NCBI GenBank assembly: GCA_964291315.2
Contig: OZ219753.1
Coordinates: 1,462,768-1,494,767 of the forward strand
DNA from: Candidatus Poribacteria bacterium
Lineage (GTDB): Bacteria > Poribacteria > WGA-4E > WGA-3G
Length of the DNA: 32,000 bases
Reading direction: 5' to 3'
Positions 15,193 to 23,410 of this stretch are shown in pieces. The notes beneath the pieces are model-generated. The model had not been told where the DNA came from, did no database searches, and saw only the letters and a program-made list of their open reading frames with translations. The position numbers and the translations under genes were made by a program. The stretch's first letter is position 1, and every line of letters begins with the position of its first letter.

Positions 15193-16017
15193 ATGTCAAA
15201 AAAACAGATAAATGTTTTGGTTTTCGGGGCCCATCCCGACGATTGTGATATTAAAGCTGGCGGTGTCGCTGCACTGTATATGCAACAAGGGCATCGTGTT
15301 AAATTTGTTTCAGTTACAAACGGCGATGCTGGACACCACGAAATGGGCGGCGCTCCCTTAGCACAACGCCGACACGCGGAAGCACAAGCCGCAGCCGAAG
15401 TTGTCGGCATCGAATATGAGTTGTTGGACAATCACGACGGCGAACTAATGCCAACGTTAGAAAACCGTTATAAAATTATCCGCACGATTCGTGAATTCGG
15501 CCCGGATCTAATTATGACACATCGACCGAACGATTACCATCCGGATCACCGGTACACCTCAACGTTGGTGCAGGATGCAGCATATATGGTTACCGTTCCG
15601 AATGTCTGTGCACTTACACCGCATCTGGAGAAAAACCCTGTTATTGCCTATCTTAGCGACGGTTTCATGAAGCCATATCCATTCACACCGGATGTTGTTG
15701 TTGGTATTGATACTGTTATTGAGCAGAAAATTGATATGCTTCACTGCCATGTATCGCAGTTCTACGAGTGGCTTCCATACAATAGTGGAACGCTGAACAG
15801 TGTTCCTGCTGCTGATTCGGCACGCCGAGCATGGCTCGCCGAAGGACGTTTAAGGCGTTTTCGCGACCTAGCCGACCAATACCGAGATTTGCTAATAGCA
15901 CGTTATGGTGAAGAGTCAGGCTTGCAAATTGAATATGCTGAGGCGTTTGAAGGGTCTGAATACGGCTCACCACTGACTGCAGAAAATACCCTTGCCCTCT
16001 TTCCATTTTTCCAATAA
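15193..16017 (+). CDS. PIG-L/LmbE family deacetylase
   Basis: VLVFGAHPDDCDI is followed by HPDH, the zinc-site hallmarks of the family. The start was set at the ATG at 15193 (MSKKQINVLVFG). Confidence 0.85.
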   Translation: MSKKQINVLVFGAHPDDCDIKAGGVAALYMQQGHRVKFVSVTNGDAGHHEMGGAPLAQRRHAEAQAAAEVVGIEYELLDNHDGELMPTLENRYKIIRTIREFGPDLIMTHRPNDYHPDHRYTSTLVQDAAYMVTVPNVCALTPHLEKNPVIAYLSDGFMKPYPFTPDVVVGIDTVIEQKIDMLHCHVSQFYEWLPYNSGTLNSVPAADSARRAWLAEGRLRRFRDLADQYRDLLIARYGEESGLQIEYAEAFEGSEYGSPLTAENTLALFPFFQ

Positions 16018-16036
16018 GGAGTTTTGTTTTAGCCAC

Positions 16037-16297
16037 ATGCCAACAGAACAAGCCAGTGCAAGGACGCTTATGATTATCGTTAGCGTTATCGGTCTGATTT
16101 TTGCGATTGTAATGGTTATTCTCTTTTTCAATGCCGCACCCGCCCGTTCTAATATTGAGGTACATCGGACTTCGGCGGAAGACGCTGAATGTCTGAAGTG
16201 TCATCTCAGAGGCGATGAAACATCACCGACGATGCCGCATCTAAATCTTGGCAAATGCGATCTGTGCCACGGACTCTCGAAAGAGGAGCCGCGTTAG
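16037..16297 (+). CDS. small membrane-anchored di-haem c-type cytochrome (putative)
   Basis: One N-terminal TM helix is present (LMIIVSVIGLIFAIVMVILFF). There are two CXXCH motifs (CLKCH and CDLCH). The start was set at the ATG at 16037. Confidence 0.5.
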   Translation: MPTEQASARTLMIIVSVIGLIFAIVMVILFFNAAPARSNIEVHRTSAEDAECLKCHLRGDETSPTMPHLNLGKCDLCHGLSKEEPR

Positions 16298-16300
16298 ACA

Positions 16301-17236
16301 TTAGACGTGATGCCGATGTGCAGGCGCAGATTGCAGAACCGCTTTGATGCCTACCCAAGTGATACTGTTTTCTGTTTCCTGTACAACCTCAAGACATCGA
16401 AATTGATTCGCGTCCAAAATAGATTCAACTTTTGCAAGTTCTGTATCCAGTATCCCAGAGAAGATAACACATCCGGCGTGGTACAGCCGTGAAGCACAGG
16501 TTGGAATAATCGGGAGAATCACCTCGGTTAAAATATTTCCGATAATGAGGTCGTATTTCCGCTCCACGCCCTTGAGCCCATCGCAGCGAAATAAGTGGAC
16601 TCGCTGTGTAACACCGTTAGTTTCAAAATTCGCCGCTGCCACGGGAATAGCTGTTGGGTCGAGTTCAATCGCATCAACCTGTTTTGCTCCCAATTTCACA
16701 GCAGCAATGCTTAATATACCAGAGCCCGTTCCTATGTCGGCGACAGAGGCGTGTGTTTCAATCGAGCCCTCTAATAGCTCGAGAGACAGGCGAGTAGTCG
16801 GATGCTGGCCGGTTCCAAATGCCATGCCGGGGTCAAGTTGAATTACAGCGTCCGTTTTGTTTTGAGGTACATTGCCCCACGTTGGTGTGATGAGGATCCG
16901 TTTTCCGACCCGCCGCGGTAAAAAAGATGCTCTCCATGCTTCTTCCCAATTCTCGGATTTGATGGTAGTTAAATCGACAATGGCGGGGGATGCCTGGATC
17001 CCCCAACCCGGAAGTTCCGAAAGGAGATCGTGGATCCTTTCCATCCGTTTATCGGCCTGGTCATCTAACGGATAATAGGCGATGATTTTGACAGTAGAAG
17101 GGTCGCTCTCTTGGAGTTCAACGCCTGTCGCATTCAATTCAAAGAGACAACTGGCCACTGCCTCAGATGCCTCTGTGGAGGTAGTTACCGTGATTTTTTC
17201 CCAATTCATTTCACTGCTCGTAAACATCTCGTACAC
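16301..17236 (-). CDS. prmA: ribosomal protein L11 methyltransferase
   Basis: PrmA architecture with DIGTGSGILSIAAVKLGA and a typical N-terminal domain. The true start may be the internal MNWEK, 27 nt downstream. Confidence 0.9.
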   Translation of the reverse strand: MYEMFTSSEMNWEKITVTTSTEASEAVASCLFELNATGVELQESDPSTVKIIAYYPLDDQADKRMERIHDLLSELPGWGIQASPAIVDLTTIKSENWEEAWRASFLPRRVGKRILITPTWGNVPQNKTDAVIQLDPGMAFGTGQHPTTRLSLELLEGSIETHASVADIGTGSGILSIAAVKLGAKQVDAIELDPTAIPVAAANFETNGVTQRVHLFRCDGLKGVERKYDLIIGNILTEVILPIIPTCASRLYHAGCVIFSGILDTELAKVESILDANQFRCLEVVQETENSITWVGIKAVLQSAPAHRHHV

Positions 17237-17263
17237 TGTCCGAGAACGGATTATTTATGCGAC

Positions 17264-18379
17264 TTATTCGTCAGTATCGTGGCGGCCGAGCAACTTGTCA
17301 AAAAAACCACCATTTTTGCTGTGATGAGGTTCCCCACGCAGTTTTGCGAATTCTTCTAACTTTTCACGTTCAGCTGCATTTAGGTTCTTTGGTGTTTCGA
17401 TTTCTATGGAGACAATCAGATCCCCCCTATGGGTACGTCTGTAATGCGGAACGCCTTTGTTGGGAATCCGGAGTTGGGCACCGTACTGCGTGCCGGGGGG
17501 GATTTCTAACACTTCGGACCCATCAATCGCATCGACTTTGATCTTCCCTCCGAGTGCTGCTTGAATAAACGAAATTCTGGCGGATGTAAAGAGGTCGTCT
17601 TGATCGCGTTGGAAACGTTTATGCGGCGTAACATTAATCACGACAAACAGGTCCCCGGGGGGCGCACCGTTCGCCCCAGCTTCACCTTCGCTATGCAACT
17701 GGTACTTGAAACCGGTATCTACGCCTTTTTCAATATTGAGTTTGATATCGGTTGTATTTTGGACAAGACCTCTTCCGTTACAAGGTGGGCATGGATCTTG
17801 TACGACTTCTCCTTTGCCTTGACAATTAGGGCAGGTTCGAGATATTGAAAACAGGCCTTGGGATTGGCTGATCTGGCCTCTGCCATAGCATTGCGGGCAT
17901 GTTACAGGGCTTGTTCCCTCTTTAGCACCACTACCGGTGCACGACGGGCAAGATTCGATGCGCGGTACCTGAATTGTGACCTGCTTGCCGTGGATAACGT
18001 CCTCAAGTGAGACCTTAAGATCGTATTGTAAGTCTCGCCCGCGTTTAGGCGTTCGCCGGGTCGCCCCGAATCCACCGAGCAGGTCTCCAAAAATGTCTCC
18101 AAAAACTTCGTCAAAGTTCACCCCAAAGCCTCCGAGATCGCTGCCTCTGCCTTCCAATCCGGCGTGTCCAAATCTATCATAAAGTTGCCGTTTTTCAGGC
18201 GTACAGAGAACCTCGTAAGCTTCTGTCGCTTCTTTGAATTTGTTTTCGGCTTCCATATCTCCAGGATTTTTATCTGGATGAAATTTAATGGCGAGTTTGC
18301 GATAAGCCTTCTTTATCTCATCTTCATCAGCTTCACGTGTCACGTTCAGTATCTCATAATAATCGCGTTTTTGAGTCAT
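17264..18379 (-). CDS. dnaJ: molecular chaperone DnaJ
   Basis: J domain (DYYEILNV...HPDKNPGD), a G/F-rich linker, and four CxxCxGxG zinc-finger repeats. Confidence 0.97.
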   Translation of the reverse strand: MTQKRDYYEILNVTREADEDEIKKAYRKLAIKFHPDKNPGDMEAENKFKEATEAYEVLCTPEKRQLYDRFGHAGLEGRGSDLGGFGVNFDEVFGDIFGDLLGGFGATRRTPKRGRDLQYDLKVSLEDVIHGKQVTIQVPRIESCPSCTGSGAKEGTSPVTCPQCYGRGQISQSQGLFSISRTCPNCQGKGEVVQDPCPPCNGRGLVQNTTDIKLNIEKGVDTGFKYQLHSEGEAGANGAPPGDLFVVINVTPHKRFQRDQDDLFTSARISFIQAALGGKIKVDAIDGSEVLEIPPGTQYGAQLRIPNKGVPHYRRTHRGDLIVSIEIETPKNLNAAEREKLEEFAKLRGEPHHSKNGGFFDKLLGRHDTDE

Positions 18380-18399
18380 CGGTCCTACCTTCCTATTGA

Positions 18400-19242
18400 C
18401 TACTCACCGGCATCAGCGTCACTGTTGTTTGTGCGTTCATCGACTTTTTCTGGGTCTGGCGGTCCCTGCGAAACGACTACTTGTGAGGCACGTAGAATGC
18501 GGGTGTGCAACATATACCCGCGTCGGAACTCTTCAATTACTTTACCCTCTGCGACGGCATCTGAGGGAACAGCCATCAGTGCCTCATGCCGATACGGATC
18601 AAACGATTTACCAGCAGCCTCAATCGGGGTGAGTCCGTGGTTTTTGAGCGAATCGAGCAGCTGCTTGTGAACCAATTGTACACCTTCCTTGAAGGTAGCA
18701 AGCTCCGATTGAGTATCGCTGCTTTCTACTTTTCCGTTGATACTTTGCATTGCGGCTTCGAGACTATCAAGCACCGGCACCATTCCTTCCAAAATTTCTT
18801 CGTTAGCGAATTTAAGCTTTCGCTGATAATCAGTTTCCATGCGTTTTTTGGTGTTTTCAGCCTCAGCAGCTGTCCGGAGCAGAAGGTCACGTTCAGCTTT
18901 ATATTCGTCGTGAACGTGTTGCACAGCGGTCTCCACCTCTTTTTCTAGCTCTATACGAAACAGTTCCTCCCGTTCAACTTCATATTGATTGTGCACATGT
19001 TCAACGATCTCCACCACTTCTTCCGTGACTTTTGAGTTGAGATTAGTGGACATTTCTTCAACAGGCTTGATGTGTGACTCTATCTCCTTTTTTACCTCCG
19101 ATTTGATCGTGTCAAGTGCTGTCTCTGCGATTTCACGTAGACGTATGATGAATGTTTTTTCTTCACACTCGTCAGAATCGTTGTCTGGAGTGGATTCTAT
19201 TTCTGCCTGTATTTGTACCTCTTTAGTGTCAGCCATAATCAA
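18400..19242 (-). CDS. grpE: nucleotide exchange factor GrpE with a long acidic N-terminal extension
   Basis: The C-terminal GrpE core is present ([21 protein letters not shown]...[23 protein letters not shown]). It is immediately upstream of dnaJ. Confidence 0.9.
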   Translation of the reverse strand: MIMADTKEVQIQAEIESTPDNDSDECEEKTFIIRLREIAETALDTIKSEVKKEIESHIKPVEEMSTNLNSKVTEEVVEIVEHVHNQYEVEREELFRIELEKEVETAVQHVHDEYKAERDLLLRTAAEAENTKKRMETDYQRKLKFANEEILEGMVPVLDSLEAAMQSINGKVESSDTQSELATFKEGVQLVHKQLLDSLKNHGLTPIEAAGKSFDPYRHEALMAVPSDAVAEGKVIEEFRRGYMLHTRILRASQVVVSQGPPDPEKVDERTNNSDADAGE

Positions 19243-19306
19243 GTCCTTTTTATTTTAGTCTGTTTGTTTCTGTCGATTACAAATCCAATTTCTAGCGATA
19301 TTTCGC

Positions 19307-20035
19307 TTAACCGTGAACGGCATCAGCGAACGCTTTCATCAATTCAAAAGAGCCATTTTCTTCAAGAATGTTGCCTGTTACGACAAAATCGGTGCCTGCT
19401 GCCACCTTTTTCGCAGCAATTTCGGGGGTGCGGATGCCACCGCCAACAATTAACGGGATACTGATTTGCGCTTTCACTGTAGAGATCATCTCGTTTGGAA
19501 CCGGATGGGTTGCACCGCTGCCTGCCTCTAAGTACACCATCTGCATACCGAGATATTCTGCAGCTAAGGCGTGCGGGCCTGCTATGTCGGGTTTATTGCG
19601 CGGAATAGGTATTGTCCCACTCATAAATTCAACTGCAGTTCTGTTTCCGCCCTCGATTAACATGTAACCCGTGGAGATGGGTTCGAGTCCGTGGTGCTGT
19701 ATCCACGGGGCAGCTTTAACTTGTTCACCGATGAGATAGTTTGGGTTGCGTCCACTGATAAGACTCGTGTAGAGGATAGCATCCGCGTGGGGTGTCAAGT
19801 GCATCGAGTCACCAGGGAAGAGCACAACCGGAAGTCCTGTCTCTTGCTTGATGGCTTCTGCAATCGGATCTAAATCGTTCGTTAGAAAACTACCGCCCAA
19901 TAAAATCGCATCTGCCCCTGCTTCTTCAATCTCATGTGCAAGTTTCGCGCATTTTGCGACCTTGCACTGCTCCGGATCGAGCAAGACAAAATAGCCGGCC
20001 TTATGCCTTTTCAGAGCCTCGTTGAAGTGGTTCAT
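19307..20035 (-). CDS. geranylgeranylglyceryl/heptaprenylglyceryl phosphate synthase family protein (GGGPS/PcrB, group II-like)
   Basis: Motifs LLDPEQ, GADAILLGGS, LFPGD, ISGRNPNYLIGEQ, YLEAGSGA and GGGIRTPE are present. The start was placed at the ATG at 20035. The ORF-track start at 20053 is a TTG. Confidence 0.8.
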   Translation of the reverse strand: MNHFNEALKRHKAGYFVLLDPEQCKVAKCAKLAHEIEEAGADAILLGGSFLTNDLDPIAEAIKQETGLPVVLFPGDSMHLTPHADAILYTSLISGRNPNYLIGEQVKAAPWIQHHGLEPISTGYMLIEGGNRTAVEFMSGTIPIPRNKPDIAGPHALAAEYLGMQMVYLEAGSGATHPVPNEMISTVKAQISIPLIVGGGIRTPEIAAKKVAAGTDFVVTGNILEENGSFELMKAFADAVHG

Positions 20036-20145
20036 TACCCAATTTGATCTCAAATGCGGTCATCCCTTTTAACCGTGCTAAGTCCACACTCACATATTGC
20101 CCTTTCCGGAAGGATTTGCACGCTCTCTACTTCCCTCATAACAAA

Positions 20146-20174
20146 ATTTTACCATATTTACGCTGATTTGTCAA
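20146..20174 (-). promoter_or_regulatory. near-consensus sigma70-type promoter upstream of the GGGPS gene
   Basis: The minus strand reads TTGACA (20169-20174), a 17-nt spacer, then TAAAAT (20146-20151). This is about 110 nt upstream of the ATG at 20035. Confidence 0.5.
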
Positions 20175-20322
20175 ATTCTATTACCCCGGAGGAATACAAA
20201 ATAAGCTTCTTCTTATCGGGGTCCCCTCTTATCCGTTCGCGTCGATTTCTCTTCTTGTAGGATTTCCGGGCAGAGACCTCTTCTTTCTCTATCCAAGAAA
20301 CCGAAAACTGCATTGGCGTTTG

Positions 20323-21171
20323 TCATAGCAGTATCCCGATGTAGATTGCACCAAGACCCACAAATATGTCCCATTTCATCCAACGTTGAATGGATGCACA
20401 GCTTTCGCTTGAAGCATCACGCAGCAACCGAATTGCTAATCCAATAAGTACTAAATCAACACCGATAACTACCCCAAACAGATAGTGCCACGAGTACCAT
20501 CCGAATAGGTATGGAACAGGACTAAATACGATAACAAGTGCCATGAAACCGAGGGCTGCTCCCACAGCAAGCCGTGGATTAAGAATAGCAAGCGTTTTGA
20601 CACTGTTTTTCAAATCGCCCTCTATATCCTCAATATCTTTGATAATTTCCCTCGCCGCTGTGAATAGGAACGCAAAGATCGCCGGAACAAGTGTGCCGTG
20701 CACCGAATCTATCGCTACACCACTGCCAATGAAGGTTAAACCTGCCAAACTGCCGACGACTAAATTTCCCACAAAAGGAACACGTTTCAGCCAGAAAGCG
20801 TAACAGATAAGCGCAAGAGATACGAGAATGGCAATACTTGCAGCGTTGCTGTTAATAAGTGTTCCGAACCAAATACCGACTGCAATGAGAATTAGTGCGA
20901 AAATCAGGGCGTGTGACCTCTGAATTCGCCCGGAAGGCAGGGGTCTCCGCGGACGATTAATCCTGTCTATGTTGTAATCACAGTAATCGTTTATAGCGTT
21001 TCCTGCGGATAGAAGACATAGCGCTGAAACAGAAACTAGCAGGATCCGAACATCCAAAAGATCCTCCGTGCGCCCTTGACTCGCAAATACCCCGCCCAGC
21101 CATGCGGAGACAAAAGCGATGAGTCCGTTGAGCGGTCGTGCTAGTTCAAGATAAGCGATCCCTGTTTTCAC
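20323..21171 (-). CDS. UbiA-family prenyltransferase, digeranylgeranylglyceryl phosphate synthase-like
   Basis: A polytopic membrane protein with the motif NAINDYCDYNIDRINRPRRPLPSGRI (NxxxDxxxD...RP.PSG) and a second Asp-rich site DIEDIEGD. It uses a GTG start. Confidence 0.8.
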   Translation of the reverse strand: MKTGIAYLELARPLNGLIAFVSAWLGGVFASQGRTEDLLDVRILLVSVSALCLLSAGNAINDYCDYNIDRINRPRRPLPSGRIQRSHALIFALILIAVGIWFGTLINSNAASIAILVSLALICYAFWLKRVPFVGNLVVGSLAGLTFIGSGVAIDSVHGTLVPAIFAFLFTAAREIIKDIEDIEGDLKNSVKTLAILNPRLAVGAALGFMALVIVFSPVPYLFGWYSWHYLFGVVIGVDLVLIGLAIRLLRDASSESCASIQRWMKWDIFVGLGAIYIGILL

Positions 21172-21636
21172 TGTCTGAAGCCCATCAGTTGCTTGAGTCG
21201 TTCAGCCCGTTAAGGATAACAAAAGCCGAATCCTTTTTTATAGCATTCTATAAATAGGACGAGTGTTCCGAACCAGTAAAGGTGACGCGGTAACAGAATG
21301 GCCGAACGAAAAGTTAATATGAGAATACCGATTCGTGTTGTCCAAGTGGCGATGTTTTGTTTGGGTCGGATGTTCATAGCGGGGCAAGAGCTGCAATGAG
21401 ATCGGCCAATCTCCAATAGCATGACCACCTTTTAGGTCAGGAAATATTGTAGTGAGGTTGTAAATCAGTATTAATGCATGTATGGGGAAAGTGACACAGG
21501 CATAATTACAGTTAGTGCTTGTGAAGATATACTGCTATGATGGAATGGTAAAAGGAGGCACAGCCGAACCGAAAGAGACGGGTCCAAAATTGCTAAGGTA
21601 TTTACACTTCGTGGTGTTTTGTCTCCAGTGGTGTCC

Positions 21637-22713
21637 CTACGAGGCATCCTCCGATTCTTGAATTTTTGCTTCAAGTTCAGCGACCCGTTTTTGAAGTTTA
21701 GTGAGTGCTCGGATCAGTTCTGGCAACTTACGAGTAGCAGCGTGAATTCGCAATTCCTGTTTATGAGGGCGCGCGGGGAATCCGGAAAGATGGCTTCCAG
21801 CCGGCATATCCTTGGTGACCGCGGACTTGGCGTAAACTATACTGTCGTCACCGAGTGTTAAATGTCCTGCAGCACCTGCATGTCCGGCGATATTTACGCG
21901 GTCACCGAGTATAGTGCTCCCGGCGATACCGGCTTGGGCTGCAAGACAGCAGTCTTCTCCAATGACGACGTTGTGCGCGATCTGAACGAGGTTATCCAGT
22001 TTAGTACCTCGTTTGATAAGGGTTTCAGAAAGTGTTGCTCTATCGATGGTAGTATTCGCGCCGATCTCGACATCATCCTCAATCACGACGGTGCCGATCT
22101 GCGGGATCTTATGATGTCGGTTGCTAACCGGCGCGAATCCGAAACCGTCGCTGCCGATAACAGCACCACAGTGGATGATGACCCGATCACCGATAGTTAC
22201 CTCTTCACGGATACTAACGTGTGGATAGATAAGCCCATCAGCCCCTATTTTACTACCTTCACCGATGTAGGCGAACGGCTGAATGACGGTATTATCTCCG
22301 ATTTCAACGCTATCGGCTATATAGGCGAACGCTTGAATCGAGACATCCACGCCAAGTTTAACGTTCTTTCCGATAATAGCAGTTTCATGGATGCCCGGGA
22401 GCGCGCGATGGTCTTTGTCCCATGAGAACATTTCCAAAACTCTGACAAAGGCCCAATATGGATTTTCAACACGAATCGTCGGCTTTCCGTTGTTACCACT
22501 GACGCCCTGACCAATGATAATCGCACCGGCTTGTGTGGTTGCTATAGCAGCGAGATACTTCGGGTGAGCAACAAAAGTAATTTGAGTCGGAAGTGCTTCT
22601 TTAATTCCAGAGACTCCCGTAATTTCAATATCGCCGTCCCCAGAGAGGTCGCCATCTAGGTGTTCACAAATTTCCTTGAGTTTCATACCTTTTAGCCGTA
22701 ATCCTTTCTCCAT
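21637..22713 (-). CDS. lpxD: UDP-3-O-acylglucosamine N-acyltransferase
   Basis: The N-terminal LpxD domain is present (LKEICEHLDGDLSGDGDIEITGV...TFVAHPKY), followed by a long hexapeptide-repeat left-handed beta-helix. It is in the conserved bamA-skp-lpxD order. The start may be the ATG at 22686. Confidence 0.92.
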   Translation of the reverse strand: MEKGLRLKGMKLKEICEHLDGDLSGDGDIEITGVSGIKEALPTQITFVAHPKYLAAIATTQAGAIIIGQGVSGNNGKPTIRVENPYWAFVRVLEMFSWDKDHRALPGIHETAIIGKNVKLGVDVSIQAFAYIADSVEIGDNTVIQPFAYIGEGSKIGADGLIYPHVSIREEVTIGDRVIIHCGAVIGSDGFGFAPVSNRHHKIPQIGTVVIEDDVEIGANTTIDRATLSETLIKRGTKLDNLVQIAHNVVIGEDCCLAAQAGIAGSTILGDRVNIAGHAGAAGHLTLGDDSIVYAKSAVTKDMPAGSHLSGFPARPHKQELRIHAATRKLPELIRALTKLQKRVAELEAKIQESEDAS

Positions 22714-22760
22714 AGACTTGACTGATTTCAGCCATGTTACGGAGTTGAGGCGGTGGAGCG

Positions 22761-23321
22761 TTATTCAGCGCTTTCAGCAGTTTCTTCGTTCATCAAGCCG
22801 ATTAACCGCTGTGTCAAATCAAATTTTTCTTTCACATAGAGTGTAATAAGACGTTTTTCGAGAATGATGTCAAAATTTTCAGCTTCACCGACTTTGATGA
22901 TGAGTTCTTGGAGGCTACTGTAAATGGGCTCCATCAACTTTTGTTCTTCTTCAAGCAGGCCTTGTTGTCCTATTTCGACTGCCCGTTGGTATTCCTGCTG
23001 TTTGAGGCGAATCTCGTTATCTAAACCCGCTGTCTGCGCCTTTTCGACAAAGAGCTCGGTTTTTATCTTTTTTTCTTGCAAGGTTTGTATGTCGTTAGCA
23101 AGTTTGCCCAAGTTCGCCTTTAATTGTTCACTTGCCGCTTTGAGGATCCCTGTGGCATCTGTCGCTTGTTTAGAGCCCTCTAAAACTAATTGGGTGTTCA
23201 CTACGCCGATTTTAAAGGATTCTTGCCCGATGCTTCCCGAGCTCAAACAAAAAGCAGCGAGAAAAACTGCGAATAATAGAGTTAAACGTGCTTGGCAAGC
23301 ACGCAGCCGAATTGATTTCAT
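22761..23321 (-). CDS. skp: OmpH/Skp family periplasmic chaperone
   Basis: A signal peptide (MKSIRLRACQARLTLLFAVFLAAFCLSS) is followed by a coiled-coil-rich body. The gene lies between bamA and lpxD. The start was set at the ATG at 23321. Confidence 0.8.
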   Translation of the reverse strand: MKSIRLRACQARLTLLFAVFLAAFCLSSGSIGQESFKIGVVNTQLVLEGSKQATDATGILKAASEQLKANLGKLANDIQTLQEKKIKTELFVEKAQTAGLDNEIRLKQQEYQRAVEIGQQGLLEEEQKLMEPIYSSLQELIIKVGEAENFDIILEKRLITLYVKEKFDLTQRLIGLMNEETAESAE

Positions 23322-23410
23322 AATTAAGTCCTCTGTTTTGAAAATGATATTGATAACTTCGTCTCCTGAAATTGGCGAAGACACCTACAAAACAGGTGTC
23401 TATCGTCCGG

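Noticed and set aside
15079-15199. N-terminal extensions of ORF-track models: 15079..15192 of the PIG-L ORF, 15074..15199 of the PurS-like ORF, 23322..23384 of skp, 26846..26911 of ilvE and 29825..29890 of GNAT.
   Set aside because: The extensions overlap divergent neighbours or contain the intergenic repeat motifs. Downstream ATGs give N-termini that match the family pattern, for example the signal peptide for Skp, AHPDD spacing for PIG-L, and MLIYIDGEF for IlvE.
19243-19306. Looked for a CIRCE (TTAGCACTC-N9-GAGTGCTAA) heat-shock operator upstream of grpE-dnaJ. Also noted the absence of dnaK between grpE and dnaJ, and the ~90-aa acidic N-terminal extension of GrpE.
   Set aside because: No CIRCE-like inverted repeat is present. 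grpE-dnaJ adjacency without dnaK occurs in several bacterial lineages, and acidic GrpE extensions are common, so nothing here needs special explanation.
21210-21674. ORFs 21210..21428 (-) and 21471..21674 (-) in the lpxD-UbiA gap.
   Set aside because: They have odd composition (Cys, Trp and Arg-rich, or low complexity), no RBS and no recognisable motifs. The second overlaps the lpxD 3' end. The region is treated as non-coding and flagged as a gap.
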